This document shows, one piece after another, positions 38,119-50,980 of a stretch of DNA of 64,000 nt (position 1 is the first letter of the stretch; every line of letters begins with the position of its first letter). The notes under the pieces are model-generated. The model did no database searches, was not told the origin of the DNA, and saw only the letters and a list, made by a program, of their open reading frames with translations. The stretch lies in the NCBI GenBank assembly GCA_004022145.1, contig RCNU01000005.1, one strand, 5' to 3'. This stretch comes from Paecilomyces variotii. Taxonomy: Eukaryota. The translations under genes were made by a program, and so were the position numbers.

Positions 38119-40766
38119 GGTAATGGTGGTAACGGTAGTGGTTGTGACTGTGCAGTAGTTGAGATGAGTATCGCACTGTCCTGACTTGGTGGATGGTGAT
38201 GATACGATTCCAAGCAAAAGAGGTCGTTACTCTTATATACCGGCCAGGTAGCAGAGTGTGGGGTGTCTATTCTCCGCATGAGGAGTTGTGGACTGCCACA
38301 GGACAGCCATAATTCCGTCATAGACTGCCAGTCACTCTTCACAGAATGTTTTTTTTTGTTTCTTTGGCTTTTGTTTGGCGATAGACCCATGGCTTCGTCA
38401 CCCCTTCGTCACCCCTCACCAACCCCTCATCGTCCTGCCTGGATCTAAAGCCTAGAGGCCTTCGAAGAGCTGATTGGTAATATTATTTCTGACAAATTCA
38501 GATATTAGCAACGAACCTAGCGCCGTGACTCACTTGTTGGCAATGTAACTTGTAGGATGGTTGAAAAGAGAGCACTGACACGAAAGTTCTTCCCCGACTC
38601 CCAAACTAGGCAATTCGTATTCCAACGGTGGATTTGAGCTAACCCATATTCGACCTTCGCTGGATTCCATCCTCTATCAGGTGCACGGAACTTTTGTTGT
38701 GACCAGTGTCTGGGTTGTAACAAGTGAAAAATTTACGGTACTTCTGTAATGCCGGTCCGCCAAAATTGCTGAAGTATTGATTGGTCAGATAGTAGTACCA
38801 TTTTTGTCGAAGACTATTAGCCTCACCAAACTCTCAATGTTCCCCACTCATTTCACAATCCACGGACATTGGAATTATTGGTGGGTACATAAACAACGTA
38901 CTGAGTTGACCGCGTGCTTGAACGCTCCAAAAACCACCGTTTTCATCTTTGCACCCCATATTTTCTATGTCTTCTAGTAATAGGTAGATAGCTTGTTAGG
39001 AATGACCAAAATGATTTTTTGAATTTCATATCAGTATTATTCGCTGCAATTCATCAAACAAGCCAAAAGCAGGTACCCTGCCGCTCTAGCAATCTGTCAA
39101 CATTCCTTTTGACCATACTGGGCCACAGTTGAACCTTTTGGGGTATTACCAGGTTAACGAAGACTGATAGGGCTCTACAATACTTTTAGTGATCATTGTC
39201 CATAAACACGATCATCTTACTGGTCTCGTTAGCTGCACCACCTCCTCGCTAAATATTGGCTAGCAAGCTAAATCCTCGGCTCTCCTTCCAACGCAGCTAC
39301 TTATCATACAGAACGTTTCATAATGATTACATTGGCCGGCCAACCAACATCAACAAATTTCAAGGTCCTGGGGCATCTTGATTGTTATTACCAAGTATAT
39401 CAGTTAGGTGAAATGCCCGGGAAGCATCGATCACATTTACTTACGAAAAGCCGCCATTATATGAAAGATACGATGTAGTTACTTACCCCATTGTCTCGTC
39501 AATCTTACTATAGGCGGCAATGCCCATTGCAAGACACCGACTAACTTGACACGGATAAGCCGTGTGACGCTCTACAATTAGAGGCAGCAATCAACGGGAG
39601 AAAACTGAATCCAACCCGGTGCTTCTTACCAATGACTAGTATCTAACCGAAAATATAAGACGATAACTACAGCGCATCTCAGAACTATACCGAAGAACTG
39701 TAAATGGATAATAAGCTATGGCCTATTATGTAGTAATTATCTAAAGAGGTCTTGATGTTGCATTCCGTTCACCACACCTTATCGAAGGCGGATACCTAAC
39801 GCAAGAGATTATATGATAACGATAAATCGGGGAAAGACGCCCAACACCCAAACGGTCCTTCTGTATTGTTATTTATCAATGAGGGGGAAAGCGGCCAATA
39901 CCAGCTAACCTTTACACAACATTTACACAAGTACGTACCCCGGCAGTATACCAGGAGCATACGAGAGGCAGCCCAGTAATTAGAATATGATATTTGGTTA
40001 CGCGAGACATAAATATTCAATTTAGTTATATACTCTCAATGAGGTACCGACTTTACGTATGGATCTCACGCCAAGAGTACATCCAAGCAATATCTGCCTA
40101 AGTGTGCTTGGGTTACCTCTTAAATATTGGCCAAAAAGTCGCATATACGTGGTCCCATAATGCTTCCAAAACTACGTCCTGGAGGGATCCATCGATATTC
40201 GTCGAGTCATGGAATCTTTATGGTGCCAAACGATATTCATGGCTAACATATTGATGCTGAAGACTAACAACACATATGAAGTAGTTATTTCCCAAACAGT
40301 CCGAACAGTGAGCATCCAAAGTATTATTGAAAAGATGCATGGTACAGGGGATTGGAATAGGAATGATGTAGACGCTCAGGTGACATGAGCCTCTAATTTT
40401 GCGATGCCCGTTACAACATGTACAGGTTTAGCCTTTTAGTTTCCTTGACTTACACCCATCTTCCTCCTCGTCATCAAGTTGTCACTTTTGGTGCGCGGCT
40501 TACATAGGGACAAAACTCGAAGCATAAAGATTGTCTTGGCAGTCTTGTATGTGTTGGTAGATCCTCTATCTGTATTATTACATGCAGTCCAGGCGTCATC
40601 AGCAATGCAATTACTACTCTATCTAAGGTACCGAGGGCCAACTGTCATGGTCAGCCAAATGGCTGGATAAGGTCGAAGCGGAAGACGGAACGAATAAAAT
40701 CACAAGAAAAGAGCAGATCGCTGCAATTCACGAGCGGATATCCATATTGATTTCACCTGCTCCTGC

Positions 40767-43655
40767 CTACATCCTCTGTCGCTTGGCTCTGTCCTGCGCG
40801 CCATCCGAATTGTCAGTCACAACCAATCGGGGGAGGTTCGTCGTCAGCGCGCACTTGGTTGAAAATTCTCCGATAATCCGGGAGACCGTGGCGGCAATAT
40901 GTTGTGCGCCATCCGTGAGAACGCTGTCACCACGCCGAGGAGTGGAATCCGATGGAGGACCAGCATCGCCTCCACCCGCCGACCCGGCTGCCGCTACACC
41001 ATCCGCGGCCGGGACGCTAGAGACGCCGCTCTCGTTCTCCGCACGTTCCAGCAGCTCGTCCGAGGCCGACACCATTCGCAGGTCGGAAAGCGTGTCATCG
41101 ATCCACTGTGGGTCGGTGCGGCCCGGAGCGGCGAGGAGGAGAACCGATCGCTCCCCATGCTGCCCCGGATCCGGCAGAGAGACCGGCCGCAGCGCCACCG
41201 CATACCCTTGCTCGAGGAGAAGACCCATGGTGCGAGCCAGTGAGCCCCACGACTGGTCTGTCAAGATCGACCGGGACATCATCAGCACGATGAAGTCCGG
41301 ACTCAGCCCTGGAGACTGCGCCGCGAGCTCACACTGTTGAAGCGGACTCAGCGTCTCCCCGGAGAGACCGTCGAAGCCATCGAAGCCCGAGGAGCTAGGG
41401 TCGAGCCACCCGGCGGCGGATTTAGCGAAAGACCCCTCGCCACTAATGGTCACAATGCGGGGCACATCACGCCCTCTGTCATCCGGTTGCGTGGAGAGGT
41501 CGTAGTCCATCGTCGCGAGGGCGGACGCAACACAGCCCGGGTAGACGGTGGCATCGGGATGTTGCGTCTGTTGACAACACAGGGTCAGCGCCGCCTTTAC
41601 AGTGGCCTCGGGGGCCCGTCGGTCTGGACACCGACGGAAAAGGGCGCACTCACCTTCCATGCCTGGTGGCGGTCTTCGGCAAAACCAACCGCGGCCTGCA
41701 CGCAATATCCCGCCTTCTGGAAGCCAACCGACAGGCGCAGGTCGTCGGGGGAGAGATCGAAGACGGAGGCCACAGGCAGCGGAGAAAAGCGTGGATACGC
41801 GGCACTGCCTCTCGGGCCCGTGAGTGAAGACACCAGCGGCGCCAGAAACAACCACTCCCGCTGGGACCCCTCGCGAATGCCATACCGCACGAAAAGGCCG
41901 TTCGCCGGGTCTGGTGAGCGGGGACAAGTCAGCCAAAGACAAAAGAATGAGGACGGGACGGAGATCCTACCAGGCACCTGTGCGACATACGACACGGTCG
42001 GGCCAACCGGCTCGGTGTCCATCGAATCCACCGCGACCACGGTGTCGGCATTAATAATCTCCGCGTCGTCCGGATAGCCAATCCGGTCAGCGTCCCGGAA
42101 GTGCAGGAGCAGCTCCTGGGCCTGAGTGTCTGGATGCCCGGCTTCCCACGCTAACCGGTCGGCCAGGAAGGAGTATTTCGTGACGACGAGACGGGCGCCC
42201 GGACCATGCGACAGGGTCGGCGGCAGAACATCGTGGACGTAGAGGACGTACCGGCCGGTCGTGGTGCCATCCCCGCCCGGCTCGCGGAGCTGGACCCGAG
42301 CGTATTGCCCTTTCGAAAGGCCCTGGGGTGGCTCGCATGACCGATGCGATTCCTGGACCTGCAGGATTGTTAATCCACGGCGTCCCCTCGTGCAACGGGA
42401 GAGCAAGGGGTTCGTAGGGAAACGGCGGAGCAGATCCGGCGAGAGGGAGGAGACCCAGCTAGACTGTATCGAAAGGACAGAGAAGGATGATATTGGAAGA
42501 AGGGCACCGGTGGTGAACGACATGATATGACAAGGGAGAACTTACCTGAAAGCGTCCAATGTTGAGATCCGCAGCGCTTGGTGACGTTTGGACATCCCGG
42601 GGCGGTTCTGGCCAGGTCTGCCACCACGCACCATCCGCAGAGGTCATATTCCGGGAGATGGTCGAGGGCAGCGCACCAGACGCGGACTCGGGATGGTCAT
42701 CCGGGTGGGGGGCGAGGCATTCCACCACTGATACGAGAGGGACCGGTGCTGCGGTGTCCGATGCCGTGTCTGATGCCGTCGTCTGCGCGCCCGTTCCCAG
42801 TTCAAGCGGCCCAGCGGCCAGCTGCGACGCGGCGGTCGTGTCTTGGTCCTCTTGAGTGGCAGCCGTCGGGGTGGTGGGCACAGGATCCAAGGCAGCACTG
42901 ACCGTGGACGGACGATCCACCGGGACGGTTCCGCGGGGAGCTGCCGTCTCCGACGACGGAGAGGAGGAAGGAGGCGCAATCGCCACCAACGCTCCGTCCT
43001 GCGCTTTCGGAAGAAGCGGCCAATCATGGCCCCCTGAGGAGGACATGGCGCCGACAAGGCCGTCGCGAACCGACATCTTCACCACCATGGGAACCCAGGG
43101 CCCGTGGCCCGGATCCTCGAACACAGCTCGTCGCATGCTCAGGGGCACCACCTGCCGCGGGCACAGACAGCAGTCCCGGCTGGGGTCGTACAGCAGGTGA
43201 TCCACCGACTGGGCGACGCAGTTGGGCCCATGTAGCACGACCAGATACGACACTCGCGTCCCGCACAGCTTAGTGAACAGGAGGCTGTGGCCCGTGTAGA
43301 ACGAGACCTGTGTCGCCCTCGGGCCGTCGTCAGCGGCGGCGGCGGCGTACACCTCAATCCGGCGTGGCATCTCGTGCAACTTCCAGTGTGCCGCTTGAAG
43401 GAGCGGCTGGATTGTCTGGCTCGTGCGCAGCCCATCGGTCTTGTGGACGATGAGCGTCACGGCACGCCGGTACAGCTCTTCCGCCAGATACTGGCAGAGA
43501 AACACGTCGCGCTCCGAGCGGATGGCGCCTTCCGTTGCCGGGCCATCGGCGCCCCGCACATGAAGCCACTTCTCATGGATGTAGAGTGCGTTGGCTTCCA
43601 TGCGATAGGCCATATCGACCGAGTCACTCGCGGACCGCACAAAAAACAAACCTAG
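40767..43655 (-). CDS. BAH-like domain + C5 DNA-methyltransferase-fold protein with degenerate catalytic motifs; 3 visible exons, 5' end uncertain or truncated
   Basis: Introns at about 42464-42545 (GTAAGT..CAG) and 41568-41653 (GTGAGT..CAG) join three long ORFs in frame. VFDLSPDDLRLSVGFQKAGY..AAVG..WKTQHPDATV resembles motifs I-II; PDFIVLMMSRSIL resembles motif VI; GYAVALRPVS...GERSVLLLAA resembles motif VIII. Confidence 0.6.
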
Positions 43656-45414
43656 ACGACGCAGAGCTAGAAAGTCCCAACAGGTGATCGAGAGCAATGG
43701 CCAAGAAGCCCAGGCCGGTGACGCACATGGTGAAGAGTCCCGTGCAGATGCCCCCGGCGAGCCAGATTCGGAGTCGGACAACGGTTTTGAGAAGATCATG
43801 CAGCGGAAGGAGATTCGTGAAGTCGTGAGTATGTTCCGAATGCTGGGGAATCGATGGCATCCTCACCCTCCATAGGCTACACAATTGGTTCACGGGAAGA
43901 TGGAGGGGTACTGGACGGTCGTGGCCAACCTGTGCGCATTGCTCCAGATGGCCTGGAGGAAGGCTCCATTCCTTTTTCCACTGATGAAGGAAGCGTTGGG
44001 ACCCAATCGCGCACTGATTACCCTCATCCGGAAAGGACCCCATGCCGACATCATCCCGCAAAGTGTGCTTCCGTGGCCGTGCTGTGACGATGAACAACCT
44101 GGCTCGCCTGCTGGTCCGGCGCGCCTCTCATCGCCCTCGCTCGCGGTTCCGAGCCCTGACGCGCCGATTGTTCAACCGCAGACGGCGGACGGTCCATCGT
44201 CGGTGACCCCGGCGGCACCGTCGACGCTGACTGCGCAGCACCAGCCTCCAGCCGTGCAAAGCACGCAGACGGCGTCCGAATGGACTGCTGCCGCAGCGGT
44301 AGGGGGCGACCATCCGCTTCAGCAAACCGCCCAACCTCCGCAGAGCCAGGCCTCCAATCCGTCACCACCGGCTCCCCGCAGTGGCATCCCTGACCATCCG
44401 CCGGCTGGTCAACTGGGAGTGCCGCCGAACACTGTGGCTCAGCCCCAGACATACTCGGGGTCCGTGACATACCATCCGCTGCCCACAACCGGTTTGACGA
44501 CGGCTCCTGCGCCAGGCCCAGCAGGCCCAGCAGGGCCGCCCGCCCGCCCGCCCGTGCCCATGCCCATGCCCACTGCATCCCAACCGCCACAAGCGCCGCT
44601 ATGGACCACGGATGCTGTCCCGCACATTACCTCTGTTCAACCGCCATCGGCGCCGGGAGTGGCGCCGGGGCCTTATCCCGGACAGTCCGTGAGTCACGGC
44701 GTGGCTGCGGGCATGCCGCAGGTTAACCAGCCGATGCACCCTACCGCTCTCGCATACGGCTCGTTGCATCCGCAGGTGACTGGTCACCTTTCCTCCGGCC
44801 AGCTCTACGTCGGCCCAGCCGGTCAGGTTGTACAAGCTGGCCATGCTTTTCAAACCGGTCAGGCTGGTCAGGCTCTTCAAACTGGCCAAACTGGTCAAGT
44901 TGTCCAGACCGGTCAGGCTATTCAAGCTGGTCAGGCCATTCAAGCTGGTCAGGCTATTCAAGCTGGTCAGGCTGTGCAAGCTGGTCAGACCGTTCAAACT
45001 GCTCATACTGTTCAAGCTGTGCAAGCTGGTCTAGGGGCACCACCGCAACCTTCGTTTCCGATGGCCCACGGCCAACCTGCCGCTGCGGTCCCAAACGGTG
45101 GCGGCTCGCTGACCGCACCCCAGCCCGTTCAGCACTGGACGCCCGGCGTGGCGGGACTGCCGCAGGCAGCGACGCAAACCGCCCCTCCAACGCAACCGGT
45201 AAACGCCGCGCTGTCCGCCCAACCAACAGACCCGTGTCAGGGAACGCTGGTGCACCCTGGGCAGCCGCAGGCATCAACCCAACCGCCCACCGGGCACCCT
45301 CCCGTCGAACCATCTCAGCAAACACCCTGGCCAGCCCAGCAGCAGAATGACTCTGCGATGGACAGTGACCCGTATGGGCTGAACCTTTTGGATTCTTGGT
45401 CTCTATTTAAGTGA
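43651..45414 (+). pseudogene. Pro/Gln/Ala-rich protein, apparently 5'-truncated, with an in-frame TAG at 43873
   Basis: ORFs 43684-43875 and 43885-45414 are in the same frame, separated by one TAG. Long PQA-rich tail with GQAIQA repeats. Confidence 0.55.
44821..45030 (+). repeat. 9/18-bp coding tandem repeat (GQAIQA)n
   Basis: ggtcaggctattcaagct-type units repeated with variation. Confidence 0.9.
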
Positions 45415-46694
45415 TCTCTGGCGGGTGTTTTATTCATCTATTATAACTAGCTTTTCCTAATGTCAGAGCCCATCTTTCTTCCATCCTTCGTGATTCTCGC
45501 CCGCTGTCCTATTTCCTAGATCCTGGTCCTGCCGGATTCTCACTGGTAGAACAACATCAAACGCTGCTCGTATTGTGAACCTCTTGGGGCTTTTTTGCTC
45601 GCGGGGGCCACTGGCTATCGTCGCAGACTCGTTCTGTGCGTCTAGAATAACGCCCTAATGTCCGGTGGGGTGCCCAATCCGTGGCTATCCTACATCTTGG
45701 ATGTGCTGGAACCAGACGCCGGCAGCCCCTGCTCAGATGCAACCAGCCCCTCGTCTGAATCTGTCCCCGAAGAGTATCCCCAGCCCTGTAGTCTCTGGTG
45801 CATTTCGCCGTTTCGCTAACTGCGCCTGCGACCAAGGATGGCCAGCGATGTCTCAGAGGATGCTCTGAACGCGTAAGCTCCCCCATTGTCTTAACCAATG
45901 ACTGCGACCGCATGCTCATCTCCTGTCTACCAGGGCCACGGAGGAAATCCGGTAAGAACGCGAAGGCTCCACTTGGTCTCCATATGTTGCTAGGACTCAC
46001 GATGAACCTAGCCGACTGCAGGCGGACATGGCTCGGTAAGGCTCGCGGCGGAAACCCCCTTGGTGGACACCGGTCCTAACATTGACATGAAGCTATCGGG
46101 GTGAGGTCGAGGAGCACATCCGGTACCATTCCTTTCCTGGGCCACTTTCGTCTTCGCTAGCTGACCATCCTGGAGATCCCTGAAGCGGGCCCTGGACGAG
46201 ACCAATGAGCGGTACGTGGACAGAAACCTCGGCCGCCACCCATTCCGCTTCACTCGCCGAGTGGTGATCATGGCATTTTAGGCTAGGCTAACACCTCCCG
46301 TGGAAAGGCACACAACCGAGATTCGGTACTATCCCCCGCCTCGGCCGAATGGTGCGGTCCGGGAGTCTCTGGGGCGACTATTGAATGCTGACCATGGTAA
46401 CAGTGATATCCGCCAGTGTATGGCGAAGATGTGGGCGTATGAACAGGATATGAAAGCATGGACAACCAAGGCCGGAGAAACAATCAACAAGCTCTGCAAA
46501 CGCCAGGGGAACTGATCCGGGTTGGGGGGACGAGAAGATTGCCGCGAGCAAAGTCCAACTCTTCACCTAGTCCCATCTTGGACCCATGTGGCGTTGACCA
46601 TGTCGGGATCACAGCGCACATCATTCTCCGACCGGACAGCGAGGAAGTACTGCGGCTCTAGAGCGAAACCTAGATGGGTGGGCGGGCTACCCCT

Positions 46695-46790
46695 CTTTTC
46701 TTTTTCTTTTCTTTTTCTTTTCTTTTTCTTTTCTTTTTCTTTTCTTTTTCTTTTCTTTTTCTTTTCTTTTTCTTTTCTTTTCTTTCTTTT
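46695..46790 (+). repeat. (TTTTC/TTTTTC)n pyrimidine microsatellite
   Basis: About 95 bp uninterrupted T/C tract. Confidence 0.97.
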
Positions 46791-48577
46791 AGTGTGCGCG
46801 CGTTTCCTACGGTAAAGAAAGTTTCGGCGAAATGGAAGGCATCTGGAGGCAGCAAGGAAGGTTCCATCAAAATCTCGGAGGAAAAGCAAATTTCAGCTTA
46901 GACTAATTTGGATGACTCGGCGCTAATGCACTCCATACCTTAAGTACATCAGTCACGCACATTAGAGGGCGGGAGGGCCGGTGCATGCAGTGATCCGCCA
47001 TGATCTTCATGCAGCCTTGAAGAAAAATCTACCTTAGAATGACAGCCCGGGCTGCTCACGATAGTAGGCTTATAGAGAAGGGTAATCTTCACCGCCGACC
47101 TCTGGTCACTAATATTAATCAATTTGCTCGGTGTTTGCCGTCAGCACTCGTAACTCGATCCCTACTGTAGGAAAGATAGCTTTGTCGGCCCCCCCACACG
47201 ACCCCCACCTCTCTTGCTTTCCAAAAGCACCAGGTCGAAGAAGAGTGTTGGAGAAAGAAAGGGGGGCTGCCGACCTCCAATGAAAAACCGGTCGGATCCA
47301 TACTATCTCCCCAAGTGCCTTCGCCGAACCATGTGTCCCCCAAGGGCGCGCTTGGGAGCAGAAGTCAATGTCATTAGGCCCAGGCCAAGCAATGGCCCCA
47401 GCGTAACCGACGCCCAGCCGGTTCAAACCCTCTTCCTCCTGGTCTGCCACTTATACATGGCCGGGGAGAATACTCTTACACCAGGGATGGAGGGAGTGAC
47501 ACCGATGTGCAGATAACGTCAACACGGAATTGACAACGACGACGAAAAGGAATGGGGAAAAAAGGCGTAGAAGCAATTGAGAGGGAACTCAATCTGGGAT
47601 TGCCGACCGGAAGTTTGTCTTGATACAATGCCAAAGAGTACCCATGATCCTCGCGTTCTTCCATAGGCGTCCTAGATACGTCTCCGTTCCACTGTTACTT
47701 CGGCCTTTGTCGCTGCTTCGGAAATTGATTGTTTGGTGGGGATCTGTCACATGATTCTGTCGATTTGCAGTCATTCCAACGACAGTCAATTCCAAATACC
47801 AGCGGAGGGAGCAATTGGACAGGAGCTGACATGTGTCTCACGACGTCGGGTAGGGACATGGCATGTCCAACGGAATTCTGCCAGGACTGCTGCCTCGCTC
47901 GGTTCTGAAGAGAGACTATTGGGGGTCCTACTTGATTCGGTATAGTGTTTACTGGCGTTAAAAGTACGGGTGGGTCTCGCTGAGCGGAACCACGGAAATG
48001 CCAGGTCTCCTGCGATCGGCGTATCCGACCAACCCGGGTGCTGTTTGCCTCCCTCGCTTTTCCTCTCTGTTCGAAGAGCAAGATGTCGTTGGGACTTTTA
48101 CCTTTTTCTCCATATTCCCACCTTAGCCAGAATGATTTATCGTTGCACTGTCAATTTGACCCCCTTCGGCTACCTCCCTTCAACTCCGAGCCTGATCGCC
48201 TGATCTACTACGATCACCTTCCCCAAGCAGTGTTTGAAATTGCCCAGCGAATTGCGTGGTTACTACTTGTGTCAGGCACACTTACCTATGTCACTGCCGG
48301 CATATTCGGGGTGCTTCGGCGATATCTGGCTTGAAATGAGAACGGAGTATCGTTAGCTCAGTCAACATTTCCCCCTCAAAACTTATCATGGCTAAATGCT
48401 GCTGCTGTATTTAGTTTGGAAACGGACGGTGAACTGCTATTTTTTTTATTCTCCTAAACTAAGCTGCAGAGTTCTACAACTGGACGTCGCCTGACAGGCC
48501 GGTTCACAGCATCATTGCCAAATCTCTAAAAGCGATAAAGAATTTTGTAACTAGGGAAACCTCAAACACACCCCAAG

Positions 48578-48612
<35 letters not shown>
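48578..48612 (+). repeat. Poly(A) tract (35 nt)
   Basis: Direct observation. Confidence 0.95.
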
Positions 48613-48615
<3 letters not shown>

Positions 48616-48995
48616 AAAGAAAGAAAAACAGTAGACAGGCAAGTGGAATTCAACGCACACTCTATTGTTGCTGACCTTCACGTCTCTTGAAACTGCGCCT
48701 GCGAATGAGTGGATATTGAGGCGCCAAATCTTGCAGGGCTTGACCTTCATAGGGACGCCAAAATCTTGTGTCTACGCCTAGATAATTTTGTAAAGTATTG
48801 AAAACCAGCAGTGTTAAAAGTCTGGTATGATTATACCTTGTAGATTTTATTACTTCTTTATTGCCACATCCTTCCCAGTCCTCAGGGTTCGCGAAAAGAG
48901 TATAACCTCTAACATACGTAGCCCTTCCCAAAAATTACGCTTCTCGTTCTGTAACTTTTCTTATTACCCAGTTCAAAGTCTGGCGGTTTTCTAGT

Positions 48996-50054
48996 ATGGT
49001 TGTGCTGAATCGTGTGCACATGCTCTTTCCATATGTGTTATGCTTATCCTCGTTAATTCTGAAGGCCTTAATCATAATGGGGTGCACGTCCCAGTCAGCG
49101 ATATCTGCCGCAATGTACTTTGTGAAGGTAACTCGCTTGAGCAGTTCTACAAAATCTACAATCCCAAGTAGAAGGCAGGCAAATTATACAGCCACATCTG
49201 TCCTGGGCATAGGGGAATTAGAGACATATACAAAGCACTTATCAAACGCTGATAGCTCAACAACCAAATTCGTCGGAATTGTGGTGGATGTTGCGAGTAA
49301 CAGAAGTGCAGTAAAGGCACGAAATACCAAAACTATAGGGGCTGTGGAGCGATTTACGGGTTTCTTGGGGTACATGCATCCGGAAGGGGGAGTGAGATTT
49401 AGGGTGACTCAAGTAGGGGGAGATAATGTCATAAACAAAATTGAAGCACCTCTTACTGAGATGCATTTGATTGGAATACTGAGCTACTGTTGTGGAAGCT
49501 CGAACCTCACGTTCTCGAACCTTACTGACTGTGCTCCGCCGAGCTTCTCTTTCACGTTCAACTTTGAAGATGTTTTTAGGGTACAGCAAGGGACTTCTAA
49601 TGTATTAACTCCTCAAGCGGTACATGATACGATTGGATATTATAGGAACTGCACACAATGGGCTATTTTTGCTTATCTAACAGCGTCCTGTTCAATAGGG
49701 CTCATAGTCCTGATCAGTTTTACAGCTGTCTGTTCTCGGTTGGGAAGTGTAATTACGAGTCTGTTCGCCCTGGTGAGGGGAACCATCCCTTTATTATGCT
49801 TTTGCTGAAACTAGTAGACAGCAGCATTTTCTAGTTTCGGAGCATCTCTTACCGTTCTTTTCGCGAGCAAAGCCCTCGCTAGCAGCTTGAACTCTGTGTC
49901 AACAACAATTGGCGTTGAGATAACCCTTGGACGGCGAGCTATCATTATATCGTGCATTGGAACAGCGTTGGTCATTATAGCAGCTCTGATGTTGCTTGCG
50001 CATACATGCTACGGACCTGCTAAACCTAGGATAAAAACTGAACAGAGGGTCTAA
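48996..50054 (+). CDS. SUR7/PalI-family membrane protein, multi-exon
   Basis: N-terminal TM ending IIMGC; IGILSYC...C PPSFSFTFN loop; three C-terminal TMs including GVEITLGRRA; last exon ends at TAA 50054. Confidence 0.65.
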
Positions 50055-50980
50055 AATAGCTAGGGCAGTACTATAGAACCCCTGAGCTCTCCTAGTGTTT
50101 ACCTCATATACTGGGTACATACTGTATAGTATACTACCGAGTTGAAGAAACCAGTACTGGCATACTCTTAGAGACACTGATAAAGGAGACAGGTCTTGGG
50201 GCTGGTGGGATGGTGAGACTATTCAAAGGGTCAAGCAATATAGTTCTTATGGTTAGGGATTTTCGTTTAGCCCTCGATACTGGCTCAAGGTAATTCGGAC
50301 AGGAAAAATTATATATAGTAGAAGCTCATCATCCTGCATTGAAAAATATCTTGTTTTCAACTGTGGACCTATCACTGGTGGTAATATAAACGATTCTTCA
50401 AGATATTTTGCTATGTCTATCATCATGGCATGCCAGAAGTAAATTGAAGATTCTGTTACCTTTAGTACAGATTCCAGGTGCCGAAGAATTTTGAACGATG
50501 TTCTACTAGTTAATGAACGGGAATTTTGCTTGTCGCATTTAGGGCCTATATGACGCTCGAATAAAGGCTTTCTGATTAAAAGTTGTACATGCCCCCAATT
50601 GAATGATGTTGTTTCAGAGAGTTCTGGATGTCACCAGATTGTAACGTTTTGATCCCCAGAAATACGATACATATGCTCTAAGAGAAAGGCTAAAACTACG
50701 ATGACACATTGGGAGTTGGATCTTCCTGTCTATTTAGCAACTTAGATCATTTATTTTCTACGCAGCTAGATATACAATAGCGCCGGCTCAAGCTGCGATC
50801 AAATGGCGAAGCAAACAATTGCTATCACATATATAACCTTTTTCAACTGTATGACATTGATCGACGTAATATATACAGCATATAACGGAGCTGAGATCAA
50901 CGATATGTATAAACATTGTAGAGTTTGAAACAGTAGACGAGGGTTGACCATGCTGTCGTCCACCCGGACACTAGGTTTTT

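Noticed and set aside
40747-43655. Multiple plus-strand ORFs opposite the MTase-fold gene
   Set aside because: Shadow ORFs caused by high GC; no motifs recognised.
46522-46901. Phe-rich and Lys/Arg-rich ORFs
   Set aside because: They are translations of the TTTTC microsatellite.
45557-48334. Short ORFs in the right part of the GC island
   Set aside because: Possibly gene relics, but I could not build a coherent gene model or recognise a domain.
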